Assembly: GCA_001275005.1 (NCBI GenBank)
Contig: JWZX01002158.1
Location: 1-44,456, forward strand
Length of the DNA stretch: 44,456 nt
Reading direction: 5' to 3'
DNA from: Chrysochromulina tobinii
Taxonomy: Eukaryota
The notes beneath the pieces are model-generated. The model did not search any database. It had not been told where the DNA came from and saw nothing but the letters and a program-made list of their open reading frames with translations. Made by a program: the position numbers and the translations under genes. Below are positions 9,101-19,293 of the stretch, piece after piece. How positions within the stretch are numbered: position 1 is the stretch's first letter; each line of letters begins with the position of its first letter.

Positions 9101-12100
9101 AGATGGCGGCCAGGCTCGCCTCGGCACGCTGGCAGTGGCGCAGGTGACGATCGCGCAGCTCGAGCCCGTCGGTCTCCGCGGCGCGCGCGATGAGGCGCAC
9201 CATCTCCAGACCCTCGAACATCGAGGCGACCACAGCGTTCCGATTCGCGGCGAGGGGCGTTGGACGGAGCAGCCGCCCCACGAGCACCTCCTCTGGGCGC
9301 AGAGGCGGCATCGGTTCGTCAGCCGCGTTGGCGCGCGAGAGGCGACGAGAGAGCGGCGCGCCACCCTCGCGACTCGCCGCATCGAGCATCGTCTCGCCCG
9401 GCAGCGGCGGCGGTGGCGACAGCGCGGCCGACTGGAACTCGTCCTGCCCCTCGGCTTGGCTCGCGTCCGTCTCGTCAGGCCCCGAGGTCAGGAGTTCAAC
9501 GTTGACGCTGTCAACGTTGACGCTGCCGCGTCGGCCCTGCATCGTCGGGACGCGGGACAGTCCCCCGGGGCGGAAGGAGACGGTGCGCAGCACGACGTTG
9601 GGACGACGCGGCGCTGCCTCGCCTCGGTCATCGTCTTCTTCCTCAGCCTCGTCCGCGTCAGCGGCAGCGACGAGGGTGACTTCCTCTGGCGCATTGTCGA
9701 GCTCCTCCTCGGCCGCCGGACCATGCTCGAGGAGCCAATTCGCGGCGCGATTGACGTCGTTCTGGTTCTTCTCCAGCGCCTTCTTGCACACGGCGGAGGA
9801 GAAGCCCATCATGGACGCGAGGTTGTCGGCCTTTTCCCACGAGGGCGAGCGATGCATCTGGCGCCGCTGCTCTTGCTGCGCCTGGTCGTCGGTGAGCCAC
9901 GTGATCGCGCTGTTCACATCGTCGCCAAACTTCATCACTGCCTTTTGGCAGAGCATCGGATCGAATCCCATCGAGACGAGATTGTCGAGCCGTTGCTTGA
10001 GCAGCCCTAGGTTGCTCCCCTCAGCCGCCGTCGCCTGTGAAGGCAGCGAGGCGGAGTATGCGCTGCCCGTCGAGGGGCGGGGCGACCGAGGGGTCCCGGA
10101 CCCAGCGCTTGCGGACCCAGCGCTTGCAGGCAGCCGGTTTCGTTGAGAGCGAAAGGAGCGCGCCGCGGTCGCGTACGCCTTGGCGAAGCGCGCGGCACTC
10201 GCGGCCTCAACGTGCATCTGCTCGAGAAGTGTGAGGCGCACCTGCAGGCTGTCGGTATGATGGATGCCTAGCAGCGGCACCGGTGTGGCCGCGCTCACCA
10301 TGATCGCGGGTAGAAGTCCAGAGTCGAGCACCACGCGCATCGAGGCAGGGTGGCGGAGCAGCTCCTGAAGCGCCTTGAGCGCGCGCGTCTGCAGCAGCCC
10401 GAAGAGGAAGGCGGACTGCAGCTCGGTCTTGAGGACGACGATGCGTTGGCTTCCACCTAGCACTTCCACCATCTTGGGGAAAAAGGGGCGGAAATAGCCA
10501 ACGAGCGCGGGTGAGAGGGAAAATGAGCTCGGCGGCAGCGGCGCCTCGTCAAGCGGGTGCAACTGGAGTGCCGAGACTGAGAGCAATCTGAGCTCCGAGA
10601 TCTGGGTGTCGAGCAGCACGAGCGCCGCCGAATCCTCAGCGCCGTCCCATCGCACCAGCATCCCCTCCTGCGAACCCGCCGACACATCGCCCTCGTCGGC
10701 CTCCACGGCGACGCGGCAGCCCACAAAGAGGGAGGGCAGCGAGCCGCCGAGTACACAGAGTGCCCCCAGGCAATGCATCGCGCCAACGATGGCGCCGGAC
10801 TTGCGCAGCGCGTCGGCAGACGGGTCGGCCTGGAGGGAGTCGACGACTGCCGGCAGCCCGGCGAGCATGGCGGCGAGCGCCTTCCCGAGCTCTTCCGGCG
10901 CGAGAGCTCCGCTCGTCGCAAGCCGGCGGAGCAGCACGACGACCTCGGACGCGTACGCGGAGCGCACTGCTGACGAGCGCCAGAGCACGCGGCTGGAGAA
11001 AAGCGCACCGCCACCCGTCTCGGCCGACTGCTCAATGTATTGGTCGGCGATCAACGCGAGCAGAAAAGGGACCAGCGCCGGCGTGCCGGCGGGTGGGCTG
11101 CTGCCAACAGTGGCGCTGCCGCCGCCATCGGCGTCGGTCGGCTCTTCAAAGAGGCTGGGCGGCAGCTCGGTGAGCGGCCGGTGCGCGAGCACGTGTGGGA
11201 GCAGCCGCAGCACGAGACGCGCTATCCGAAGGGACCCAATGTGGAGCGCACCGAAGAGGATGCGTAGCCCCTGATCGGAGGCGAGCACGGAGGCGAGGCC
11301 CTGCCGGCACACAGCGAATTGGAAGACGAGGGCGAGGGAGGCATGGGTCCATCGCTCGAGAGAGAGCCACTCGTCCGAGCTTGTGTCCGCGCCGAGGGCG
11401 GTGCTCGCGCTGTACTCGAGCAGCTCGCGTAAGCCTGTCGAGGCGGCCGCGATGTCCAGCAGATGACGCTGGACCAGATCCTCGAGCACCGCCGACATCT
11501 CCTTCTTGCTGCCGTCGCCACCGCTAGGCGCCGTCGCGAACACCTCCCGTGAGCTGCTGCCACGCGTGAGCTGCCTCATCGAGCCGCGCGCCATGGCGCC
11601 CTTGGGTGGAGCGCCGAGCGCGGGCGTCGCAAGGAGGACCCGCGTAGCCACGGTCTGATACACGAGCTGCACGGTGCGTGGCAGCTGGCGCATCGCATCC
11701 GAACCCTCGGCCTTCACCGCCTCCGACTCTGACCAGCCGTGTGCTCCTCCATCCTCCTCGCTCCCGTGCAGCCGGCGTACGAGCTCGTTGAGGGTGGGGA
11801 GCAGCTGCACCTTTCGCTGCATGGCAAGATCCTCCTCGCGCAGCTCCATGTGCAGCAGGCAGCGCAGCGCCCACAAGGAGGGCAGAGGTAGCGTGAACCG
11901 ATTCGCACTTGGACTACCAGGGCCGCCGCCCATGCCGCCGCTAGGCAGTGCTCGTTCGCCGGGGAGCAGCTGCACTAGCTGCTCGACCAAAGAGGCGAAG
12001 GCGTCGCGCAGCCGGCCACTCGCCTGCGGGCCGACGTACGCCACGTCGCGTGTGTAGTGGCTGACGATGGCGTCGTCGGTGGTGGCGTCGGGCGGGCGCA

Positions 12101-12326
12101 GGACATTGACAAAGTCCGAGAGCAGCTTGCACTGCAGACGCGGCGAGCCGTCGCACACGCGGAGCAGCTCCTGAAGTGCTTTGTAGCCCGCAGCGCGCTG
12201 GTAGGCGCGTATCTGCTGCCTTACCATGATCGTTTTCAGGATCAAGGGATTCACGCGTGCCTCGACGACGTCATTCATCTCCTGCTCCACCCTGCCCAAG
12301 CGCTCGCCATCCTCGCCGCCACCGCC

Positions 12327-12357
<31 letters not shown>

Positions 12358-15300
12358 CTGGCAGCGCTGCTGGCACCGCCGCCGCCGCTGCCGCCGCTGA
12401 AGAGCGAGGTAAAGAGGCGGCGTACGTCAGCACCGAGAGGGGCGCTGCCAGTGTTGTCAGTGCTGTAGGGCTGTGCGATGTCGGACTCGGAGCGTGGCAC
12501 GTGCAGCTCTTGATTGGCGACGGAGAAGAACAACTTCATAAGCTGCTGCAATCCTTTTGCGACCGCGTTGTCGTCCTCACTCGCCCCCTGGGTACGCTTG
12601 GACGCCTCGTACATTTCACGCATGAGCGAGCGAGCGCGCGTCCACTGCTGACGGAGTGCGGCCCAATCCACCTTGGCAGCCTCGCCGCTTGACTCGGACC
12701 ACGGGCTCGATCGCACAGGGAGCGCCGGCGCCAGCGGCGGCGGCGGCGGCGGCGGCATCGGGGCCGGCGGTGGCGGCGGTGGCGGCGGCTCGTCCCGACC
12801 GACCTCTTCGTGGGCTTCGTCTGGATACTCCTCTCGTTTGCCTGGGATCAACGTCCGCTGCAACATGAACATCTCGCCGATCTGTGCCTCATCTAGCATA
12901 CTCGATCTAGATCCGGATCTAGATCCGGACCTAGCCGCCAGATCTGGCACCGACACTTTGTCCGCCATCGAAGGCTCAGCGTCGAGCTGTTGGATGAAGC
13001 GCGAGCGTGAGGGTGGCGAGGGCGGCGGCGAGGGTGGCGCAGAGGGTGGCGTCGGCATGCCCATGCGCACGGCGATGAGGGAGTTGGTGGGTGGCGCAGG
13101 GGGTGGCGTCGGCATGCCCATGCGCACGGCGATGAGGGAGTTGGTGGGTGGCGCAGGGGGTGGCGTCGGCATGCCCATGCGCACGGCGATGAGGGAGTTG
13201 GTGGCGGTCGCGCCGCCCCCAGGTCCTCGCACACCTGCTGCGCGGTGCGAGCCACGCACCTCGTCGAGCATCTTGGACACCTGGTCAGCAAGGTCGGGGT
13301 GCGCCGACACGAGGGTGGCCGCCATCCGCGCCTCGGCGAGCAGTCCGTTGTATGTGAGCAGGATGGCAAGCAGATGCAGCTCGGCCTTTTCATATTCGAC
13401 GGTAAGCTCGTGGCGCGCCGCCAAGGCGAGCTCGACTGTGGAGAAGAGCAGGTATGCATGCAACTTGGAGGCCTCGCCGCCGTCCAAAATCGCCAAGTCG
13501 TCGAGGAACCTCACGTCCGCCAGCGCCACCCCACTCCCTTCGCCCGCCGCGCCACCCGTCTGGAAGCCAAAGAAGGGATGCATGAGTGGGTGCTCTGGGT
13601 GCAGTTGATGGGGCAGGCCGCGGTTGAGCAGGGGCGATGCGAGCCAGTGCCGATGCTCCTTCTCCTCGTTGGTGACGGGTTCAGCGCACACGAGCAACGA
13701 GGCGCACTTGGCGCCAAGGTAGACGAGGCTTGTCTGCAGCTGCAAGAGAGCGGGTGCGTCCTGTCGCTCGGCAGACCATCGCTTGATGGCGACTACTGTG
13801 AAGGAGTAGCCGAAGAGCACCTCGTCCGTGCGCTCAAAGTCGTGATGACCCTCGGCGGTGTGGTGGTACGTCAGGTGCATCGTGTCCGCGGGGATCGTGA
13901 GCGTGCGCGGCCATTCAGTCCAACGGCCGCCCATGCGCACCGCCTTGTCCGGCAGCTCGCGCCCCTCTTTGAGGAAAGTGAGGCTCAGGTAATCGCCCTC
14001 GTCGGTGCAGCATTTGGGATTGAACTTGAGGAGCAACTGCGAGGCACCTGGCCACTCGTGCTTCTCCTGCATGCGCACCGGCGGGCCGGGCTCCTTGGCT
14101 GAGCGTGCACCGATGCCGAGCAGCCCGCCCTTTTTGCCCTCGCGCTGCTCGCGCGTCAGGTTGGGCTTGTACGGGTGCAGCGACTCGATGGTCACGGGCG
14201 CCGCCAGCTGGGGCGCCGCAGTGGCGGGCTGCCGGCGCCGCTCGGCCACATCGACGGTGAGCAGCTGCTGCACCGCGGAGAGCAACGCGAGCGCGCACGG
14301 GAGCAGCCGCTGCGAGAAGTCGATGACGAAGGCCGAGAAGAGCGAGAGCGAGTCGGCGAGCCAGGGCAGCAGCGCGCCCACAAAGGTATTGGCGAGGGTG
14401 CGCTGCAGCTGCGTGAGAGCGGCGAGCGACGCAGGCGCGCGCTCGTCACGGAGCACGTCAGTCGCGCGTGTGAGCAGCGCCTCGGCGAGCTGGAGCAGCG
14501 ACTCGTAGAAGGGGTCATCTTTCTCGCCGCACAGCGAGGCACGCGCGATCGTCTCCTGCGCAATCGCGGTGAGCAGCCGCAGCGCGGGCGAGGCAGCGGC
14601 GGAGGCGGAGGAGGAAGGCGACGCCAAATAAGTCTTGCACTCGTTATGCGTCGTGCTGAGCAGGCGCTCGAGCAGCTGGCGCTGGATCTGCGCGAGCGGC
14701 AGCGCCTGCGGGCGCAGCTGCTCGGGGATGCTCGCTTTGAGATCCTCTGGGCTGGGCACGTCGGCCGCTGGCATGACGCCTCCGCCGCTCTCGTCAACCA
14801 CCAGGCTGGACACGCACCGCTGCGCCGCGAGCCACTGCATGAGCGCGTCGACGAAAGCGTCGTAGAAGGGGGAGACGGCGCCCGCCTCGGCCGCGCGCCG
14901 TTGCTGCTTCAGGGCCGCAAGCAGCAGCGCGCTCGTCGCATGCTTGCGCGGGAAAAAGGCTCGCATACCCGCGACCAGGCAGCAGATGACCTCGACCTGC
15001 ATCGCGCCCCATAGCTCGACGAGGGCCGGCGCGGCGCGTTCGTACGGGCATATGAGCACGCGCATCAGCCTGTCGAGCAACTTCTCCCGCAGCTTCCCGT
15101 CGTCGCTGAGGGGGGCGCCGAACATGGCGGCCACGTCGACGCGGCAGCGCTCAAAGCAGAGCAGATGCACGGTGAGGACGCGCAGCGCACACACGGCGGC
15201 GACGACCTCGCGATGCGGCCTGTTGCCAGTGAGCAGCGCAATTACGATCGACACGAGGTAGAGCAGTGTATCTCGCTTGAGCTCGAGCGCGAGGGGCTGG

Positions 15301-16757
15301 CGCACCTCGGTCACTTGCTGCGGCGTGAGGCCGTCGCCCGTGGAGCCGTTGAGGGAGAGCTCAATGAGAGAGGCGACGACGTGGCAGACCTTCGAGGGGT
15401 GCGTGAGGACGCGGCTCCGCCCCGCCGCCGCAAACGGGGCACATCCCTCGCGCACACCGAGGCGCTCCCAAACGGCCGACGCGAGGGTGGCCACCCCGAT
15501 CAGGCAGAGCACTGCGCCGTCCTCGGCGGCGATCATCGTGTCACTCGTGTCACTCGTGTCCGTGGGTGGCCTGCTCCACGGCTCGAGCCCCGCCTGAGTC
15601 ACCCAGAACGCGTGGCCCTGCCATGCGCTGCCGATGGGAATGGAGTCGCTCTGCGGCGCGCACCGGCGCTGGAGCGCGTACAGGCGATGGCCGAGCTCGA
15701 CCTTGCCTTGGAACTGCGCGCCGCGGCAGTAGACTGCGCGCGGCAGGTGGAGGAGCGTGAGGACGGAGCCGGTGGCGAGCGCGAGCGCGATCGTCGAGTC
15801 CGCCGCCCAGCCCCACATCTCGAGCGGCGTGGTCCTGGCCAAAGACGCGGCGGCAGCCAAAGCGGCGCAGTACGGGTCGGACGAGCCGGGAGGTGAGAGC
15901 AGCACCTGGTAGAGCTGCGTGCGAAGGCTCTCGGGGAGGGGCGGCTCGTGCGGCGGCAGCCGGCTGCCTTCGCCAGGCACGAGCATCGTGAGCAACTTGC
16001 GCACCTTGCGCAGGTGCATCTTGGGCATCCCGAGAGGTCCATAATTGCGGTAGCTCGTGCTCAGGCCGGCATCGGCATGCTGCTTCAGCGCTGCGATGGT
16101 CTCTCTCGGCAGCGCCGGCGAGGGCAGCGCGCCCTGCGCGGTCTGCTCCTCGAGGAAGGCGCGCACGAGCCGGTTCAGCTCCTCCTCAGGGCGTCGCGCC
16201 GGCTCCACGACTAAGCGCTTCACCACCGCCGCGTGAACCATCTGCACGAGCATGAAGCGCGGGCACTGCGCGATGTCCGCCGCCGAGCGCTGGTGGTCTG
16301 TCGCGCGCTTGAGCGCGGCGTGCGCGCTGCGCTCGACGGCGCGCATCCAGTGCCCGAGCTGCTCCTCGGGATTGGGAAGCACCACACCGAGCGAGAGCAC
16401 TGTCAGGTCCGCCGCTGCGCCCTCGTCCGCCCCTTTGCCATCGGCCTCATCGGCCGCAGACACGGCCTCGTCGGCGTCGGCGTCGTCGGCCGCCCCCGGC
16501 CTGGGTTTGGCGGTGCGAGGGTCTTCCCATTTGGTCGTGCACGTGTTGTGATCCACAAAGAAGATCTTCTTGCTGTTCTCATCAAACCGCTGCTCCCATC
16601 CCGGAGGAAGCTGTAGAGGCGGCGCGTCCTCCGCCTCGGGCAGCGACTTGCGCAGCTGCTGCTCGAGCGCGGCGTCGGTGAAGCCCGCGCGCAGGAAGGC
16701 GAGCGGCCGCCGGTCGTCGTCGACGTCCTTGAGCACGCGCACGCCGGGGGCGAACAT
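6102..16757 (-). CDS. Giant HECT E3 ubiquitin ligase (HERC/HECTD4-like HECT; N-terminal WW domain, two CUB-like repeats, two UBA domains)
   Basis: Uninterrupted 3551-aa ORF. WW domain LPPGWEQRFDENSKKIFFVDHNTCTTKWEDPR; UBA motifs LVSMGFDPMLCQKAV..AITWL and MMGFSSAVCKKALEKNQNDVNRAANWLL. HECT domain FKVKFSGEAADDYGGPYRE..LELMTCG..FLTFIWSRNRLP, with the catalytic PVSHTCFF motif. Confidence 0.95.
13032..13204. repeat. 57-bp tandem repeat x3 inside the HECT gene (PPTNSLIAVRMGMPTPPPA)
   Basis: Unit gggtggcgcagggggtggcgtcggcatgcccatgcgcacggcgatgagggagttggt, three near-identical in-frame copies. Confidence 0.95.
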
Positions 16758-16965
16758 GGCGGCGTACTTTTGTAAGAGCGCGTATCACGTCCTGAGCGAT
16801 GCAGAGGAAGAAAAGTATGCTTCGAGACGGCCGTTTCGATACGGCGCGCAACGCAGCGCATGCGCGCTTGAATCGTGAGTACCCGTTTTTCCCCTCGGGA
16901 AGCTGGTCACACATGCGGCCGCGAGTATTAACAGCGATTTCACACTATTCGTCGGTTGCGGAACA

Positions 16966-18699
16966 ATGGGTGAGGCATTGGACGAGGCGTACTACCTCGA
17001 GCAGGTGATGCTCGACGACGATGATGACGACGATTTCGCGTACGAGGAGGTCGACGTTGACGCGAACGAGGATGATGGCGATGACGCGACGGCGCCTGAG
17101 GACGAGGACCTCGAGCAGGCGCTGCAGACGCTGCGCACAAAGAAGGATGGCGCGCCGCCGCCGCCGTCGGACGCGCCGCCGCGCGCCGGCATCACGCGCC
17201 GGCCCGAGGTGCTCGACGACTTCATCCGCAACGTGCTGCTCAAGATGGGCATGACAGAGACACTCGACATGTTCCAGCGCGAGTGGTACCGGCTCTCGGG
17301 CGAGGGCAAGCTGTCGGCGGTGGACATCGGGACGGTGCCCGACATCTACCTGCGCAACCAGCAGCTCGGCGACCAGCTGCGCGACATGTCCGCCGAGATG
17401 GCGCGCCAGGCGGAGGTGGCGAACAAGGCCAAGTCGACGTGGGACCGCTTTCGCAAGGAGCGCGACTTCCACAAGATGCACCACAAGCGGGTGGTGCAGG
17501 AGAAGAACAAGCTGATCGTCGATCTGAAGCGGCTCAAGAACCACTATGCCAACTTCGAGCCCATGCTCCAGATGATGCGCGCCAAGTACGAGACCGCGAT
17601 GAAGGAGAAGATGCTCATGAAGCTCGAGCGCGATCGACTCGCCTCGGCGGTGGGCGGCCTCGAGGCGCAGCTGCGCCAGCTCGAGGCCGGCCGGCCGGCG
17701 GAGGATCCGGGTGATGAGGCCAAGGCATCAGCCAAGCCCAAGCCGCGCGGCGCCAAGCTCCCGCCCGACGCCCGCGAGAACCCGTTTCTCGAGCGCGAGA
17801 TGGAAGCTCCGGCGCTGCAGCGCTTTGCGCAGGCGAAGCAGGTGACGGCGCACTCGGCGGCGGTCTCCTCCATCGCGGTACACCCGACGCGCCCGATCAT
17901 CGCCACCGCGGGCGACGACGCGCTGTGGAAGATGTGGTCCCTAGACGCGGGGGAGCTCATCATGTCGGGCGACGGGCACAAGGGCTGGCTCTCGGGCGTC
18001 GACTTTGCCCCTGGCGGGCGCGAGCTCGCCACGGGCGCTGAGGACGGCACGGTCAAGATTTGGGATTTCGCGCGCTCGCGGTGCGCGGCGACGCTCGTCG
18101 AGCACACGCAGGCCGTGTGGGGCGTCGCGTACATGTCCGACTGCGCCGAGTTCGTTGCGAGCTGCTCGATGGACCACACGGCCAAGCTGTGGGACCTGAC
18201 CGTCGGCCGGTGCCGCCAGACCTTCCGTGGCCACGTAGACTCGGTGAACAGCGTGTGCTTCCAGCCGTATGCGAACCACGTGGCGACCGCCTCGGGCGAC
18301 AAGACGGTCTCGCTCTGGGACTGCCGCTCGGGGCTGTGCGCGCAGACCTTCTACGGCCACAAGAACGCGGTCAACTCGGTCTCGTTCGCCAAGCAGGGCG
18401 ACAAAATGTGCTCGACCGACGCGGATGGCACCGTGCGCGTGTGGGACGTGCGCAAGGTCATGGAGCGCGTGTGCATCACAACGGGCCGCCATCCGTGCAC
18501 CGCCGCCTCCTTCGACCCGTCGGGCAAGTCGATCGCCGTCGCGTGCGACGATGCGGTCGTGCGCTGCTACGATGAGAGTGGAGCGTCGCTCACGCAGCTT
18601 GCTGGCCACTCTGACGCGGTGCAGTGCGTCGTCTTCGTCGGAGCTGGCGAGATGCTGGTGACCGGCTCGTCGGACTGCACCTTCCGAACGTGGAAGTGA
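16966..18699 (+). CDS. SPAG16: Sperm-associated antigen 16 / PF20, flagellar central-apparatus WD40 protein
   Basis: Signature N-terminus RPEVLDDFIRNVLLKMGMTETLDMFQREWY..VPDIYLRN..WDRFRKERDFHKMHHKRVVQEKNKL..KEKMLMKLERDR, followed by about 7 WD40 repeats. Confidence 0.95.
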   Translation: MGEALDEAYYLEQVMLDDDDDDDFAYEEVDVDANEDDGDDATAPEDEDLEQALQTLRTKKDGAPPPPSDAPPRAGITRRPEVLDDFIRNVLLKMGMTETLDMFQREWYRLSGEGKLSAVDIGTVPDIYLRNQQLGDQLRDMSAEMARQAEVANKAKSTWDRFRKERDFHKMHHKRVVQEKNKLIVDLKRLKNHYANFEPMLQMMRAKYETAMKEKMLMKLERDRLASAVGGLEAQLRQLEAGRPAEDPGDEAKASAKPKPRGAKLPPDARENPFLEREMEAPALQRFAQAKQVTAHSAAVSSIAVHPTRPIIATAGDDALWKMWSLDAGELIMSGDGHKGWLSGVDFAPGGRELATGAEDGTVKIWDFARSRCAATLVEHTQAVWGVAYMSDCAEFVASCSMDHTAKLWDLTVGRCRQTFRGHVDSVNSVCFQPYANHVATASGDKTVSLWDCRSGLCAQTFYGHKNAVNSVSFAKQGDKMCSTDADGTVRVWDVRKVMERVCITTGRHPCTAASFDPSGKSIAVACDDAVVRCYDESGASLTQLAGHSDAVQCVVFVGAGEMLVTGSSDCTFRTWK

Positions 18700-19293
18700 G
18701 CGCCGTCCCGCGGCCTCTGCGTGCGAGCGCGAGCGAGAGAGCGCGCGTGGGCCTCATCCAGCGTCGGGCGCGCATGGGGCAAGACGCGGCGAGGGAGTTG
18801 GCATGCTGTGACGATGTGATCTGGTGCCGCAGCCGCGCCTCCTGCACAGGGCTCACGCTGGTGGCGGGGCGGGGCGAGCACAAGCAGCTGTGGCCATGCA
18901 TGCGGTCGTGGCATGTCGTCGCTCTCGGATTGAACGAGCGACGCGCACTTTCCACGGTGTGCCATGACCGCACGGCATGCGCGCGCCTGGCCCGCGACGG
19001 CCGCGATCCCCTGCACCTCAGCTGCAGACCCCACCCGATTTTAAACTGTATGTGTAACTCACGGCTCTTTTCGTGCACAGCTGCGTATTAAGTTATGCTC
19101 CAATTCAGGTGCACGACGTCTGTACACGTGTAACTCTCCGCGGGACCGATCGTCCGTCCGTGCACCGTGGACCGTGCGCGTCGCTCGACTCCCACCAGGC
19201 CGGCCTGCACCGCACCGGCGCCGGGCCGCACACAGCCGCGGCACGCTCGCGCACGAGAGACAGCGCACACGAAGACAAATACAGATCAGCAAA

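Noticed and set aside
13032..13204. CRISPR-like array
   Set aside because: Units are contiguous without unique spacers, in frame within a eukaryotic CDS, and no cas genes are present.
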